64,000 bases of DNA from a virus (lineage: Duplodnaviria > Heunggongvirae > Uroviricota > Caudoviricetes), in the IMG/VR virus record IMGVR_UViG_3300046674_000485, positions 15,734 to 79,733 of that record. One strand, given 5' to 3'. Under the pieces are notes generated by a model, which did not search any database, was not told the origin of the DNA, and worked only from the letters and a program-made list of their open reading frames with translations. The translations under genes and the position numbers were made by a program. Positions 17,253 to 25,751 of this stretch are shown here, piece by piece. Positions within the stretch are counted from its first letter, which is position 1. Each line of letters begins with the position of its first letter.

Positions 17253-17509
17253 GATGTCTTGATGTTGAGGAAGAGGCGATCGCCGGAGCTGTACTCGCAG
17301 CAGGCGGGGAACAGTCGGCCGGTGAAGTAGCTGTAGCCGTCCTGTGCGTGGATGGCGTTGCAGCTCGGGCACATCCAGCGGCCCTCGAGAGCTCGGTAGG
17401 TGTGCCGATCGTTGAAGGTCTTGGCGATGTTGGCCAGCTCCTGCTTTCGGCGGAGCTTGGCCTGCTCCTCGCGGTGCAGGCGCCATGCGCGGCGGAGGAA
17501 GGTGATCAT
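17249..17509 (-). CDS. hypothetical Cys-containing protein, 86 aa
   Basis: ORF track; ATGA overlap; GC3-rich. Confidence 0.5.
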   Translation of the reverse strand: MITFLRRAWRLHREEQAKLRRKQELANIAKTFNDRHTYRALEGRWMCPSCNAIHAQDGYSYFTGRLFPACCEYSSGDRLFLNIKTS

Positions 17510-18021
17510 CCGATGGTGCTCATCTTGACGACGCTCTCCGGCGGCATCACGCGCACGGCACTGAAGCCATAGGTGATGGCGTCGAGCAGGTGGTCGCGGT
17601 GCGTGTAGCGGCGGAAGCGGATCTTCTTCGGGCGCCCGACCATCCTGGCCTGGACGATGCGGCGGCGCTTTCTGGCGGCGGCGCTGCGGCGAGCCGGCGG
17701 CTTCGGGCCCAGGCCGGGCAGCGGGAGCCGGCGGCTGAAGTGCGGCATCTTGATCAGCGGCATCGACTCCTTGAGGAGCTTCGACGTCAGGTCCGACGCG
17801 CGCTGCTGGAGGACTGCCTTGGCCTGCTGCTCCAGCTGCATCTCGGCCAGCGTCATGTTCTGGATGAGGATCCGCTCGCCGCTACGGAGGCGCATGTTGT
17901 GCAGCAGCTCGGCGAAGCGCCCTGGCGTCGAGGACGGATTGCCGATGACCATGATGGTCATGGTGTCGCCGGCCGGGTCGCCCAGGTCGACGCCGATGTT
18001 CGGTGGTGTCGGCGCGTTCAT
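17506..18021 (-). CDS. hypothetical protein, 171 aa
   Basis: last 171 codons of ORF 17506..18744, which is otherwise Arg/Pro-rich off-frame translation. Confidence 0.5.
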   Translation of the reverse strand: MNAPTPPNIGVDLGDPAGDTMTIMVIGNPSSTPGRFAELLHNMRLRSGERILIQNMTLAEMQLEQQAKAVLQQRASDLTSKLLKESMPLIKMPHFSRRLPLPGLGPKPPARRSAAARKRRRIVQARMVGRPKKIRFRRYTHRDHLLDAITYGFSAVRVMPPESVVKMSTIG

Positions 18022-18551
18022 CGGCGGAGCTCCCTCTTCAGCTCGGCGGCGATCATGTAGCCGAGCTCCTCGGAGATCATCCTCGTGAGATCCTCGAGCG
18101 GCGTCATGTGGATCGCTTCGCGCGTGATGCCGTAGCCCCAGGCGCCATTGCCGTACCTGAGGCGCACGTGCATTGCGCCGTCGATCAGGCTCCTCTGCGC
18201 ATCGGCCAGAAGCAGAGGGATTGGGATGTCTTGGATCGTGGACTGCACTGACGACAGGCGGCCGTCGGCATCCATCATCCTGGCGAGGGAGTGCTTGAGC
18301 TGCGGCACCTTGCGGACCATGAAATCTCGCTCGCCGTGATGACGCGCGCGCGCCATGCTCAGGACGCGAGGCGACAACAGCGAGCTGTTCTCGCCAAGGA
18401 TGCGGCGCGTCCGGTCGAGCTCGTCCTCGATCCTGGCCTTGCGGTCGACGGCGTACTTGGCCAAGCCCTCGGCCATCACGCGCGCCGCGTTGGCGTTGGC
18501 TGCGGCCTCGCGCAGGTGGCGCTTCTGGTTGCGTCCGAAACGGCGGGCCAT
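18018..18551 (-). CDS. hypothetical protein, 177 aa
   Basis: in-frame ATG 18551 of ORF 18018..19001. Confidence 0.5.
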   Translation of the reverse strand: MARRFGRNQKRHLREAAANANAARVMAEGLAKYAVDRKARIEDELDRTRRILGENSSLLSPRVLSMARARHHGERDFMVRKVPQLKHSLARMMDADGRLSSVQSTIQDIPIPLLLADAQRSLIDGAMHVRLRYGNGAWGYGITREAIHMTPLEDLTRMISEELGYMIAAELKRELRR

Positions 18552-18751
18552 CAGCGTGCCGCCTCGGAGTTGTACGACTCGCGTCGGCGGGCCACGAGGT
18601 CGTGCTGCTCGCGGGCCGCGGCATCCAGGCGGTCGAAGTGGTGCAGCAGCTCCTCGACGTCGCTCGCCTGGACGGCGATGCGCTCGAACTTGCGCTTGTG
18701 CGCGGTGGCCACGTCGGCGCGCAGGCGCTCGAGTGCTTTGGCAAAACTCAC
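18551..18751 (-). CDS. hypothetical protein, 66 aa
   Basis: GTG 18751 preceded by GGAG; frame of ORF 18551..18808. Confidence 0.4.
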   Translation of the reverse strand: MSFAKALERLRADVATAHKRKFERIAVQASDVEELLHHFDRLDAAAREQHDLVARRRESYNSEAAR

Positions 18752-19170
18752 AGGGGTGCTCCAAAAAATGCGGACTGCAGCGGATCCCTGGCAGGGGTGC
18801 TGGTCCACGAGGTGACGATGCGTTGGGTGACGGCGTCGATGGGTTCATCGAACCGCGAGTTGTCGCGTGCGCGGTAGGCGCGCATCTGCATCCGCCGGCG
18901 GTCGCGGATGGCCTGCAGCGCATCGGCGTTCTTCGACTTCGGCGGCATGGGTGCATTCGTGCCTGGGCCCTTGGCGTAGAAGGCGGTGGGTCTGCCGCCA
19001 TGGGGCACGGCCTCCCAGTGGCCGATGTGCACTTCGCCCAGGTGCTCGAGGTGCTTGAGCCAGACGAGCGCCGTCTTGGCGCTGCATCCGCTGCGCTTGC
19101 TGATGTCGTTCGCCGTTCCTGGCAGAGCTGCGCGGACGAGGTCGATCTTCGATTTGGTGGGGTTGAACAT
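18748..19170 (-). CDS. HTH-containing hypothetical regulator, 140 aa
   Basis: ORF track; ANDISKRSGCSAKTALVWLKHL helix-turn-helix. Confidence 0.5.
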   Translation of the reverse strand: MFNPTKSKIDLVRAALPGTANDISKRSGCSAKTALVWLKHLEHLGEVHIGHWEAVPHGGRPTAFYAKGPGTNAPMPPKSKNADALQAIRDRRRMQMRAYRARDNSRFDEPIDAVTQRIVTSWTSTPARDPLQSAFFGAPL

Positions 19171-19175
19171 GGTGG

Positions 19176-19478
19176 TCAGCGGCGCAGGCGCGCCAGATCA
19201 AAAACGCTGTTGGGTTGGGTGGACTTTGCGTGGGCAACGATGGAGCCGTTCTCGGCCTGGAGCTCCTGGCCCACCTGCGGGGAGGTGGTCCGGATGTAGC
19301 GCGCCGGGCGGCCCGACGCGACGTTCATCAGGTTCTGGCGGCGCAGGTGCACGCCGATTGCCTTGCGCACCGAGCGGCGCTCCAGGCTGGTCCGCTCGAT
19401 GATCTGGTCGACGGTGAGGCAGGCGCCGTCATCGAAGAGCTCGATGAGGCGGATGGGTGAGGTGATCTTCGGGGTCAT
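19176..19478 (-). CDS. hypothetical protein, 100 aa
   Basis: ORF track. Confidence 0.5.
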   Translation of the reverse strand: MTPKITSPIRLIELFDDGACLTVDQIIERTSLERRSVRKAIGVHLRRQNLMNVASGRPARYIRTTSPQVGQELQAENGSIVAHAKSTQPNSVFDLARLRR

Positions 19479-19481
19479 GGC

Positions 19482-19757
19482 TTACCAGAGGTCTTCGCTG
19501 AACAGGCCGAGTCGGTGGTTGATGTGGCTCGAGCGCAGCGGCTGCCCGCACTTGACGACGTGCAGCGCGGCCTGCTTGCGCGACAGGAAGTTGCCCTCGT
19601 GATCGATGAAGCCCTGCTCGTCTTCCAGGCCGGGCATCACGCCGATGGGCGTTGGCATGCCGGACTTCGCGCACGCGCGGATCACGTCGTGATGCCGGCC
19701 AGGACGAGGCACCGAGCACACCAGCTTGCCGATGCGGATGGCTGCTGCGACGATCAT
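19482..19757 (-). CDS. hypothetical protein, 91 aa
   Basis: in-frame ATG 19757 of ORF 19482..20156. Confidence 0.5.
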   Translation of the reverse strand: MIVAAAIRIGKLVCSVPRPGRHHDVIRACAKSGMPTPIGVMPGLEDEQGFIDHEGNFLSRKQAALHVVKCGQPLRSSHINHRLGLFSEDLW

Positions 19758-20218
19758 GCTGCCACCTCGGTGACCGACAGGCGCCCTGCTTCGGCCAGCT
19801 TGTCGGCGATCTCGTTGTAGTGGTTGCCGTCGTGGCCGCGCACCCAGGCGATGGTCTGCCCAGGCTTGCGCAGCGGGAGCATCTGCTGCCAGAGGTCGGC
19901 GTTCGGGATCGGCACCTGCACGCCGTGCTCCATGCGACGCCATCCCTTGCGGATCCAGCCCTGCCACCACGTGTTCATGCCATTCATCACGTACTGGCTG
20001 TCGGTGAAGATCTCGGCGGGGCAGCCCTGCAGCCACTCGAGCGCGCGCAGCATGGCCATCATCTCGGCGCGGTTGTTGCTGTTGCCGGGCGCCGCGGGCG
20101 TGCCGCCGTTGCGCTCGGTGATCTCGCCCCAGCGGTCGACCGCGACGAAGGCCCAACCCTCAGGGCCGCCTGGGTTCGGGAAGATCGACCCATCGGTGTA
20201 GACGGTGGCGAGGATCAT
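19754..20218 (-). CDS. rnhA: ribonuclease HI
   Basis: TDGS...NNRAEM...TDSQYV...W...KGW...VRGHDGNHYNEIAD: DEDD catalytic residues in order. Confidence 0.85.
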   Translation of the reverse strand: MILATVYTDGSIFPNPGGPEGWAFVAVDRWGEITERNGGTPAAPGNSNNRAEMMAMLRALEWLQGCPAEIFTDSQYVMNGMNTWWQGWIRKGWRRMEHGVQVPIPNADLWQQMLPLRKPGQTIAWVRGHDGNHYNEIADKLAEAGRLSVTEVAA

Positions 20219-20508
20219 GGCTTGCGATACCCCGCCAGCAGCGACTCGAGCACGTGGCCGATGTAGAACTCGTGCACGTAGACGACGGCGTCCTTGCCGC
20301 CCAGGGTGATGTCTTTGCGAACGTAGAAGTGCTTCCGCGGCACATCGAGCGTGGCATCGTTGCGCCGGATGCTGCCGACGAGCTGGAGCGTGATCTCTGG
20401 CTTCGCGGAAAGATCGAACATCGGGATCGTGTCCGGATCTGCCTGATCGGTGTCGACGCGCGCGCCGTCGTGCGGGCCGCCGATGAGGAGGTGGGTGTGC
20501 TTAGGCAT
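20215..20508 (-). CDS. hypothetical protein, 97 aa
   Basis: ORF track; ATGA overlap. Confidence 0.5.
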   Translation of the reverse strand: MPKHTHLLIGGPHDGARVDTDQADPDTIPMFDLSAKPEITLQLVGSIRRNDATLDVPRKHFYVRKDITLGGKDAVVYVHEFYIGHVLESLLAGYRKP

Positions 20509-20836
20509 GACCGCCCTTCACCACTGGCCGCGTGTGCGTGTTGAGCCAGCCCGAGCGCTCGGCCAGGGCGCACGCCTGTTGGGCGGCCTCCTGGCTGAAG
20601 TACGGCTGCACGCGGATCTTCGTCGGCGTGGCCTTGCGCATGTACGAGTCCTGGCTGAAGGGCTCGTCGCCGCCGCTCTTGCGGTGGTGCGCGCGAGCGT
20701 CGTCGATCTGCTTCGGGCTGAAGCCGACAGCGAGCCAGCCCTTATGGGTTGCGACGACGTCGGCCTTGGCCTTCTTCGTCTTGGGCGGCGCCGCCTTCGT
20801 CAGGTCGATCGGGTCGCCATGAATGTTGAAGAACAT
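20501..20836 (-). CDS. hypothetical protein, first gene of the early operon divergent from the repressor (Cro position), 111 aa
   Basis: in-frame ATG 20836 of ORF 20501..20923, directly downstream of the operator-bearing promoter. Confidence 0.45.
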   Translation of the reverse strand: MFFNIHGDPIDLTKAAPPKTKKAKADVVATHKGWLAVGFSPKQIDDARAHHRKSGGDEPFSQDSYMRKATPTKIRVQPYFSQEAAQQACALAERSGWLNTHTRPVVKGGHA

Positions 20837-20868
20837 GTGGTAGAGCTGTGGTCTGAGTGAAGCCCACG

Positions 20869-20939
20869 ACTCTACCAACATTCTGTTGGCTGGGCAACAT
20901 AAACAGGTTGTCCACCTCAACACAAATCCCGTGTATCAT
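20869..20939. promoter_or_regulatory. divergent promoter/operator region between the early operon and the repressor gene
   Basis: minus TTGCCC, 17 nt spacer, TAGAGT with palindromic operator CCAACAGAATGTTGG (20875-20889) in the spacer; plus-strand TATCAT 20934-20939 before the repressor RBS GGAG. Confidence 0.6.
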
Positions 20940-20996
20940 CTGGTTTCCGAGCAAGTCGAAACGAAGTTTTTTCGCAGTCAACGGAGTTAGCGAACC

Positions 20997-21434
20997 ATGA
21001 AAATCAAAGACCAGATCCGCGCCCGCCGAGAACAGCTCGACATCAGCGTCGTCCAGCTGGCCGAGCGACTGGGCACTAGCGACCAGACCGTGCGCTACTG
21101 GGAGAGCGGCCGCAGCCGCCCGAACAAGCACATGATCCAGCCGCTGGAGCAAGCCCTGTCGTTCACGATTGACTTTCATGAGGGCGAGTCGCCGACCAAC
21201 CCCTTCACAGCACAGACGCTGAACGAAGAGGGGGTCGAGATGGCCATTCAGTTCGCCAAGCTTCCTGTTGACGTGCGGCGTCTCTTCAAGGATCTCGCGA
21301 GCCGATACCAGCCCCACGAGGGCGAAGTTGCTGGCTCGGGTTCGACTGCGAAGAAGCAGGCCTCTCAACAAGACAAAACCCGCAGCCAGAAAGCCACGAA
21401 TGTCGCAAGCCGCCACCTCGCCAGCCACAAATGA
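20997..21434 (+). CDS. XRE-family (CI/Cro-like) transcriptional repressor
   Basis: HTH LDISVVQLAERLGTSDQTVRYWESGRSRP; divergent from the early operon. Confidence 0.8.
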   Translation: MKIKDQIRARREQLDISVVQLAERLGTSDQTVRYWESGRSRPNKHMIQPLEQALSFTIDFHEGESPTNPFTAQTLNEEGVEMAIQFAKLPVDVRRLFKDLASRYQPHEGEVAGSGSTAKKQASQQDKTRSQKATNVASRHLASHK

Positions 21435-21690
21435 ACTCGCCCTCCTGGGTATCAAGGAGCCGGATCTCGCCAACGAGATTGACTGGGAGGCGGCGCGAAT
21501 GTGCATCGAAGCACTCAACCTCGTCCTCTCGGGTGAGGCCCAGGCCTTCGAGGCGAGAGTGCACTGCTACAGCGGTGACGTCGTGGAGATGAAGTCCATC
21601 GCCGGCGCCGAGACGCAAGAAAAAGAAGCAGCCAACGTGGCCGTTTTTTTTGCTCGACGAGCCAACAAAATTTTGTCGAACCAACAATAA
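21400..21690 (+). CDS. possible small protein overlapping the repressor 3' end (uncertain)
   Basis: in-frame ATG 21400 of ORF 21268..21690; GC3-rich but no clear RBS; 3' end runs through a T-run and an operator-like element. Confidence 0.3.
   Translation: MSQAATSPATNELALLGIKEPDLANEIDWEAARMCIEALNLVLSGEAQAFEARVHCYSGDVVEMKSIAGAETQEKEAANVAVFFARRANKILSNQQ
21659..21687. promoter_or_regulatory. operator-like palindromes (ACAAAATTTTGT, GAACCAACAA)
   Basis: GAGCCAACAAAATTTTGTCGAACCAACAA, same CCAACA family. Confidence 0.35.
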
Positions 21691-22077
21691 GTAAGGTGTT
21701 AGACTTACATCGCCGACGCAAGAAGAGGTCGGCGAATTGACCCAGAAGATGGGTCAAGAAGGAGTCCCTGGTCAGTGATTGGTCAGGGCTTTCGAGAAAG
21801 GCAAGAGTGTAGCGGCCGGTAACCAGTTGTAGGGATTGTCCTACTGATGCAACTGGGAATTTGTCACACACCAGACGCCTTTCTCGAAAGTGTCATACGA
21901 AAGTAACAGAGCGTGATGCCGCCCTCGGGCGGGTCTTCAAGAGAGCCAGTCGGTCTGGGTTCCATCTTTTCAGGGTGTAGCCAAAGTGCCAGATCAGCGG
22001 GCTCTCTTGAGGGTGATCAATCCGGGCCCATCCATTCATAGCTGGTTGGCATGAACCCGGTGCGATCACTCCCTTGA

Positions 22078-22153
22078 TGGGGGCTCGCCAAGTGGGAAGG
22101 CACGTGGTTTTGATCCATGCATTGAGAAGGTTCGATTCCTTCGCCCTCTGCCA
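22078..22153 (+). tRNA. tRNA-Gln (anticodon TTG), slightly non-canonical
   Basis: TGGGGGC TC GCC..GGC A CGTGG TTTTGAT CCATG CATTGA GAAGG TTCGATT CCTTC GCCCTCT G CCA; very close to E. coli tRNA-Gln; U1:U72 mismatch and 6-nt variable loop. Confidence 0.7.
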
Positions 22154-22168
22154 GGATGGATAGTTTTT

Positions 22169-22244
22169 TGCGGGATAGCTCAGGCGGTAGAGCAGGGGTC
22201 TCATACGCCTCGTGTCGCTGGTTCGAGTCCAGCTCCCGCAACCA
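22169..22244 (+). tRNA. tRNA with CAT anticodon (Met elongator or Ile2/lysidine type)
   Basis: TGCGGGA TA GCTC AGGCGGTA GAGC A GGGGT CTCATAC GCCTC GTGTC GCTGG TTCGAGT CCAGC TCCCGCA A CCA; perfect 7-bp acceptor stem; encoded CCA; T-arm resembles Ile2. Confidence 0.85.
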
Positions 22245-23245
22245 GAGTGCGAGTGTGTCGTGAAGCAGGTATGCCGGCCCGAAGCTGGATCAGTCCTGTA
22301 AGCGACACCAGAGCACGCCAGTAAGGCCCAAGGCAGATGGGGCGCATCGAGGTTCAAGCCCTTGAGACAACGGCCTCGCCACGGGCCGGTGCTGCAGCAC
22401 GAAGGAGATACGCAGTGGACATGATGTGTCTTGCTTCGGCAGGGCCATCATGAGAGACAGCAGGCCGACGAGCGAACCGTCGGTCGCAGAGCCAGGGCGT
22501 CGCTGCCTGGGTGATGCGCGAGAGGATGCAGGGCCACCGCGGCCCGGCGGCCTGGACCGGATGGATTTCCGCCCAGGCGAATCGAAGCAGCTGCCTCCCA
22601 TGATGGAAGTCAGCCCAGAACTCCGGCATCGCATGCCGGCCGCCCAGGGTTAAGTGTGGTGGGATTGTTGACCTGACGCCGGCTCAGGTATGCGAAGCCG
22701 GCACCATCATGACTGCAGCCTGCGAGGTTCGATTCCTCGGGGACGGGGGAAAGTCCAAACGGGTAACGCCCGCCCTATCTCGATGTGCTCCAGGCCGCAG
22801 CCATGATGGTGGCGCACCGCTGGGTGCACCTTGAAGTAGTGAAACGACACATCGTCCCGGTGGCCACCGCGGGCGGTTGAGGGAAGCGAACTTGCGTCGG
22901 GTCAGATCCGGCCACTGTCAACCATCATTGAAGCGGGTTGCGTCTTTAACCGGCTCCCGACGGTAGGCATACCGAGGGCTGCGCGATGTCGACGTCCAGG
23001 CCTGGACAGCCCGCTTCAATGATGGTCAACCGATGCGCGATAGACACGCGCCCCGGCGGGTTGAGGTTTCTCGGCCGCCATCAATCATCAAGAGAGCTGC
23101 AACTGAACAGGGCTTCGGCCCGGCGGGACCATGGCCGTGCTCGAGCCACCCTGCAGTAGGCGGCAGCTCTCTTGATGGTGTTGCGCAGCAATGCGTGAGC
23201 GCTGGGCCAGTAGCCGGGGGTGACGTCACCGGCGGCCGTCCAGCG

Positions 23246-23319
23246 ATCGCTGTAGCTCAGTTGGTAGAGCAGCGGCCGCAAGCCGTGTGTCGGTGGTTCG
23301 AATCCACTCAGCAGCACCA
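23246..23319 (+). pseudogene. tRNA-like element (pseudo-tRNA)
   Basis: canonical D-arm TAGCTCAGTTGGTAGAGC and T-arm GGTGGTTCGAATCCACT with CCA end; anticodon arm has a 5-nt loop (GCGGC-CGCAA-GCCGT) and a 4-5 bp acceptor stem. Confidence 0.6.
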
Positions 23320-23629
23320 TCAACCATCATTGAACCGCTTTCGTGCTGGTGCACCAGCAACGCTAGACGATGCTCAGACCCCGGTCGAACGGGGCCCGGT
23401 CATTCGAGACAGGCCTTTCGAAGGCGCGGCGAGAGCGGTTCAATGATGGTGAAGGCGAGAGCCTGACGGAGATCCCGCCCAGCGCGCGCGAGCGCCTGGA
23501 CCGATGCGCCCGCAAGGGCTGGCAGAGCGCGGGCACCATCAATGCAAATGCTTGCACCCTGGCTACAACAGGGCGCAGAGGCGACTCGATAAAGGAAGTC
23601 GTCGCAGCTGGTGTGAGCCCCGCAACTTC

Positions 23630-23669
23630 GCCAACTATCTGTTGGCAGTCCAACGATCCGTTGTATACT
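23630..23669 (+). promoter_or_regulatory. sigma70-type promoter with overlapping operator for the leftward-like operon
   Basis: TTGGCA 23642-23647, 16 nt spacer, TATACT 23664-23669; palindrome GCCAACTATCTGTTGGC 23630-23646 overlaps the -35. Confidence 0.65.
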
Positions 23670-23696
23670 GTTGAGCTCTTCAAAACGAGTCTCGAC

Positions 23697-23852
23697 ATGA
23701 TCGCTTGGTACTGGCTTCTCCCCGTCTTCTTCGCCGGCATCGCGGCCACCCTGGCCGTCATCGCCCTCCTCCGCTGCAGCGACAACGCCTCCGCCATGGA
23801 GTGCGAGCAGGACTGCGATCAGCACTCCACCCCGTACTTCCTGCCCCTGTGA
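23697..23852 (+). CDS. small membrane protein, 51 aa
   Basis: in-frame ATG 23697 of ORF 23370..23852; hydrophobic stretch WYWLLPVFFAGIAATLAVIALL. Confidence 0.5.
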   Translation: MIAWYWLLPVFFAGIAATLAVIALLRCSDNASAMECEQDCDQHSTPYFLPL

Positions 23853-24241
23853 AGTGCCCGATCTGCGGCGGCGAGTCGCGCGTGCTCGACACGCGTGATG
23901 GCGCCAACCTCACCACGCGCCGCCGGCGCCGCTGCCTGGACGTCGACACCCACACGTTCACGACCATCGAGGGCCACGCCACGATCATCGACCGCTCGAG
24001 CAAGGTCAAGCGCGCAGCCGACACGATCCTGGCCAGGATCGAGCTCTGGCACCGCGACATCGAGATCGCGCGACAGCTCTACACCGGGTACAAGCCGCTC
24101 GCCGAGCGCTTCGGCCTGACGCATGACGGCCTCTATGCGGCGGCACAGCGCGGCCGCGCGCACATCCGCGCGATGGCCCCGAAAAAGATTTTGCTTAAGA
24201 ACCAACAAAAACTTGTTGACGCAAACGAAGTGCGTGCATAA
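23849..24241 (+). CDS. zinc-finger protein with Ogr/Delta-like C-x2-C-x22-C spacing
   Basis: GTG 23849 (GTGA overlap); VKCPICGGESRVLDTRDGANLTTRRRRRCLD; 3' end overlaps the next promoter. Confidence 0.5.
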   Translation: MKCPICGGESRVLDTRDGANLTTRRRRRCLDVDTHTFTTIEGHATIIDRSSKVKRAADTILARIELWHRDIEIARQLYTGYKPLAERFGLTHDGLYAAAQRGRAHIRAMAPKKILLKNQQKLVDANEVRA

Positions 24242-24246
24242 GATTC
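24201..24246 (+). promoter_or_regulatory. promoter/operator for the recombination genes
   Basis: ACCAACAAAAACTTGTTGAC; TTGACG 24216-24221, 17 nt spacer, TAAGAT; GTGCATAAGATTCA box; GTCAACAACACAGGAG RBS box. Confidence 0.55.
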
Positions 24247-24275
24247 AACCCGTCAACAACACAGGAGTTCAGGAA

Positions 24276-25751
24276 ATGGAAGTTCTCGAGAAGCCGCAGG
24301 GGCTGGCCCTGCTTGATGTCGAGCCGAAGCCGGACGCGCTTGCGCTGATGGTTTCGCAGGCGCTCGCCACGTACGACCCGCTGGTCGCCGAGATCGATGA
24401 GCTGCGCGACGCCGTGCAGAACACCGTCTTCGATCTGACCAAGACGAAGGAGCGCAAGGAAGCGATCCGCATCCGCGCCGCGATCAACGCGATCCCCGGC
24501 AAGCTGGACGGCGCCTACAAGGCGTGGAACCAGCCGCGCCTGAAGGCCGCCGAATCGATGCGCGACAAGGCCGCCGAGCTGAAGGCCTTGGTGCCCGGCA
24601 TCGTCGAGCCCCTGGACAAGCAGATCAAGCTGGACGACGAGCGCCGCGAGCAAGACCGTATCGCCGAGATCGCCCGCGTCGACGGCATCCGCACGAAGCT
24701 GTCGGGCATCACCGCGCTGCCGATCAAGCTGGCTGCGGCCTCGGCCGACCAGCTGGCCCAGACCATCGCCTACCTCCGCTCCCAAGAGGTCAAGGCCGAG
24801 ACCTTCGCCGAGTTCCTGGCGGAAGCCACCCAGGCTGTGGCCGACGTCCTGGCGGCGCTCGAGGTGCTGCGCGTCGCTGCCGTGAAGCGCGAAGAGGATG
24901 CCGCCGAGCTGGTGCGCCTGCGTGAGCAGCAGGCCCTGCGCGACAAGGAGGAAGCCGACCGCCGCGAGAAGGAGCGCCTCGAGAACGAAGCGCGCCTGGA
25001 GCAGCAGCGCCAGGACGAGGAGGCTGCACGCCAGCGCAAGATCCTGGCCGACGCTGAAGAGCAGGCCCGGGTGGACGCTCACAACCAAGCGATCGCCGAC
25101 TCGGCGCGTGCCCTGGCGGCCCAGCGCGACGCGTTCGCCAACGAGCTGGCCATCGCCAAGTTCGCCGAGGGCATGCGCTCGAAGCTGACCGATGCCGCCA
25201 TGAACCAGACCTCGGCGTTCGTCAACCAGTGCATGCAGGAAGTGGCGGCCGCGGACTTCCGCGCGCTGTTCGAGGCGGACACCAAGGGCATCCTGGGCGA
25301 CGTCAAGGAGGAGGTGCTGTCGAAGCTGTCGACCCTGCTCGAGACGGTGACCACCCGCGAGGTGCGCGAAGCCGACGCTGCAGCCCAGGCCGCCGCGGCC
25401 ATCGAGACGGCCAAGGCGCCGGCGCCGCAGCAGGCCGCCGCGCTGAGCGCCGACCAGCAGCTCTACAGGGACTCCGGCGGCGCGCTCGGCACCGCAGACG
25501 CTCCGCAGGCTGCCGCCAGCGTGGACGTGAACGACGCCCTGCTCGAGCTCAACACCCAGGCCCAGGCCGACGCGAACGACGTCGCGCTCGAGGCTCTGCT
25601 GCCGGACGACGCCATCGTGCGCCCCGACGACAAGACCATCCTGCACATGGTCGCCACCACCTTCGGCGTGTCCGAAGCCATCGCCCTGGACTGGTTCTCG
25701 TCCATGGACCTCTCTGCCCTCGAAAACCACGTGGAGTACGGCAATGTCTAA
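24276..25751 (+). CDS. coiled-coil protein of unknown function, 491 aa
   Basis: in-frame ATG 24276 of ORF 24123..25751 after AGGAG; central EEDAAELVRLREQQALRDKEEADRREKERLENEARLEQQRQDEE coiled coil. Confidence 0.6.
   Translation: MEVLEKPQGLALLDVEPKPDALALMVSQALATYDPLVAEIDELRDAVQNTVFDLTKTKERKEAIRIRAAINAIPGKLDGAYKAWNQPRLKAAESMRDKAAELKALVPGIVEPLDKQIKLDDERREQDRIAEIARVDGIRTKLSGITALPIKLAAASADQLAQTIAYLRSQEVKAETFAEFLAEATQAVADVLAALEVLRVAAVKREEDAAELVRLREQQALRDKEEADRREKERLENEARLEQQRQDEEAARQRKILADAEEQARVDAHNQAIADSARALAAQRDAFANELAIAKFAEGMRSKLTDAAMNQTSAFVNQCMQEVAAADFRALFEADTKGILGDVKEEVLSKLSTLLETVTTREVREADAAAQAAAAIETAKAPAPQQAAALSADQQLYRDSGGALGTADAPQAAASVDVNDALLELNTQAQADANDVALEALLPDDAIVRPDDKTILHMVATTFGVSEAIALDWFSSMDLSALENHVEYGNV

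Larger units (their letters stand above)
21789..23449 (+). repeat. array of seven tandem long-hairpin modules with related 13-21 bp inverted-repeat arms
   Basis: arms 21789-21801/21878-21890; 21936-21947/22000-22013; 22443-22464/22588-22610 (imperfect); 22703-22720/22793-22812; 22922-22937/23010-23025; 23086-23100/23163-23177; 23324-23338/23435-23449; loops 50-125 nt. Confidence 0.7.

Noticed and set aside
22078-22153. tmRNA (ssrA) 3' end as a phage attachment site, suggested by T-arm plus acceptor plus CCA
   Set aside because: A complete tRNA-Gln-like cloverleaf fits with the 5' half directly upstream. No tag-peptide reading frame (ANDxxxALAA-stop) or GGGG-type 5' end is found nearby.
22735-22790. 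RNase P RNA-like P4 sequence GGGGGAAAGTCC...GGGTAACGCCCGCCC
   Set aside because: Only this short stretch resembles rnpB. The rest of the conserved core (GGGCAGG, ACAGAAACCCGGCUUA) is absent and the segment lies in a hairpin loop. Noted as part of the hairpin-array finding, not called as RNase P.
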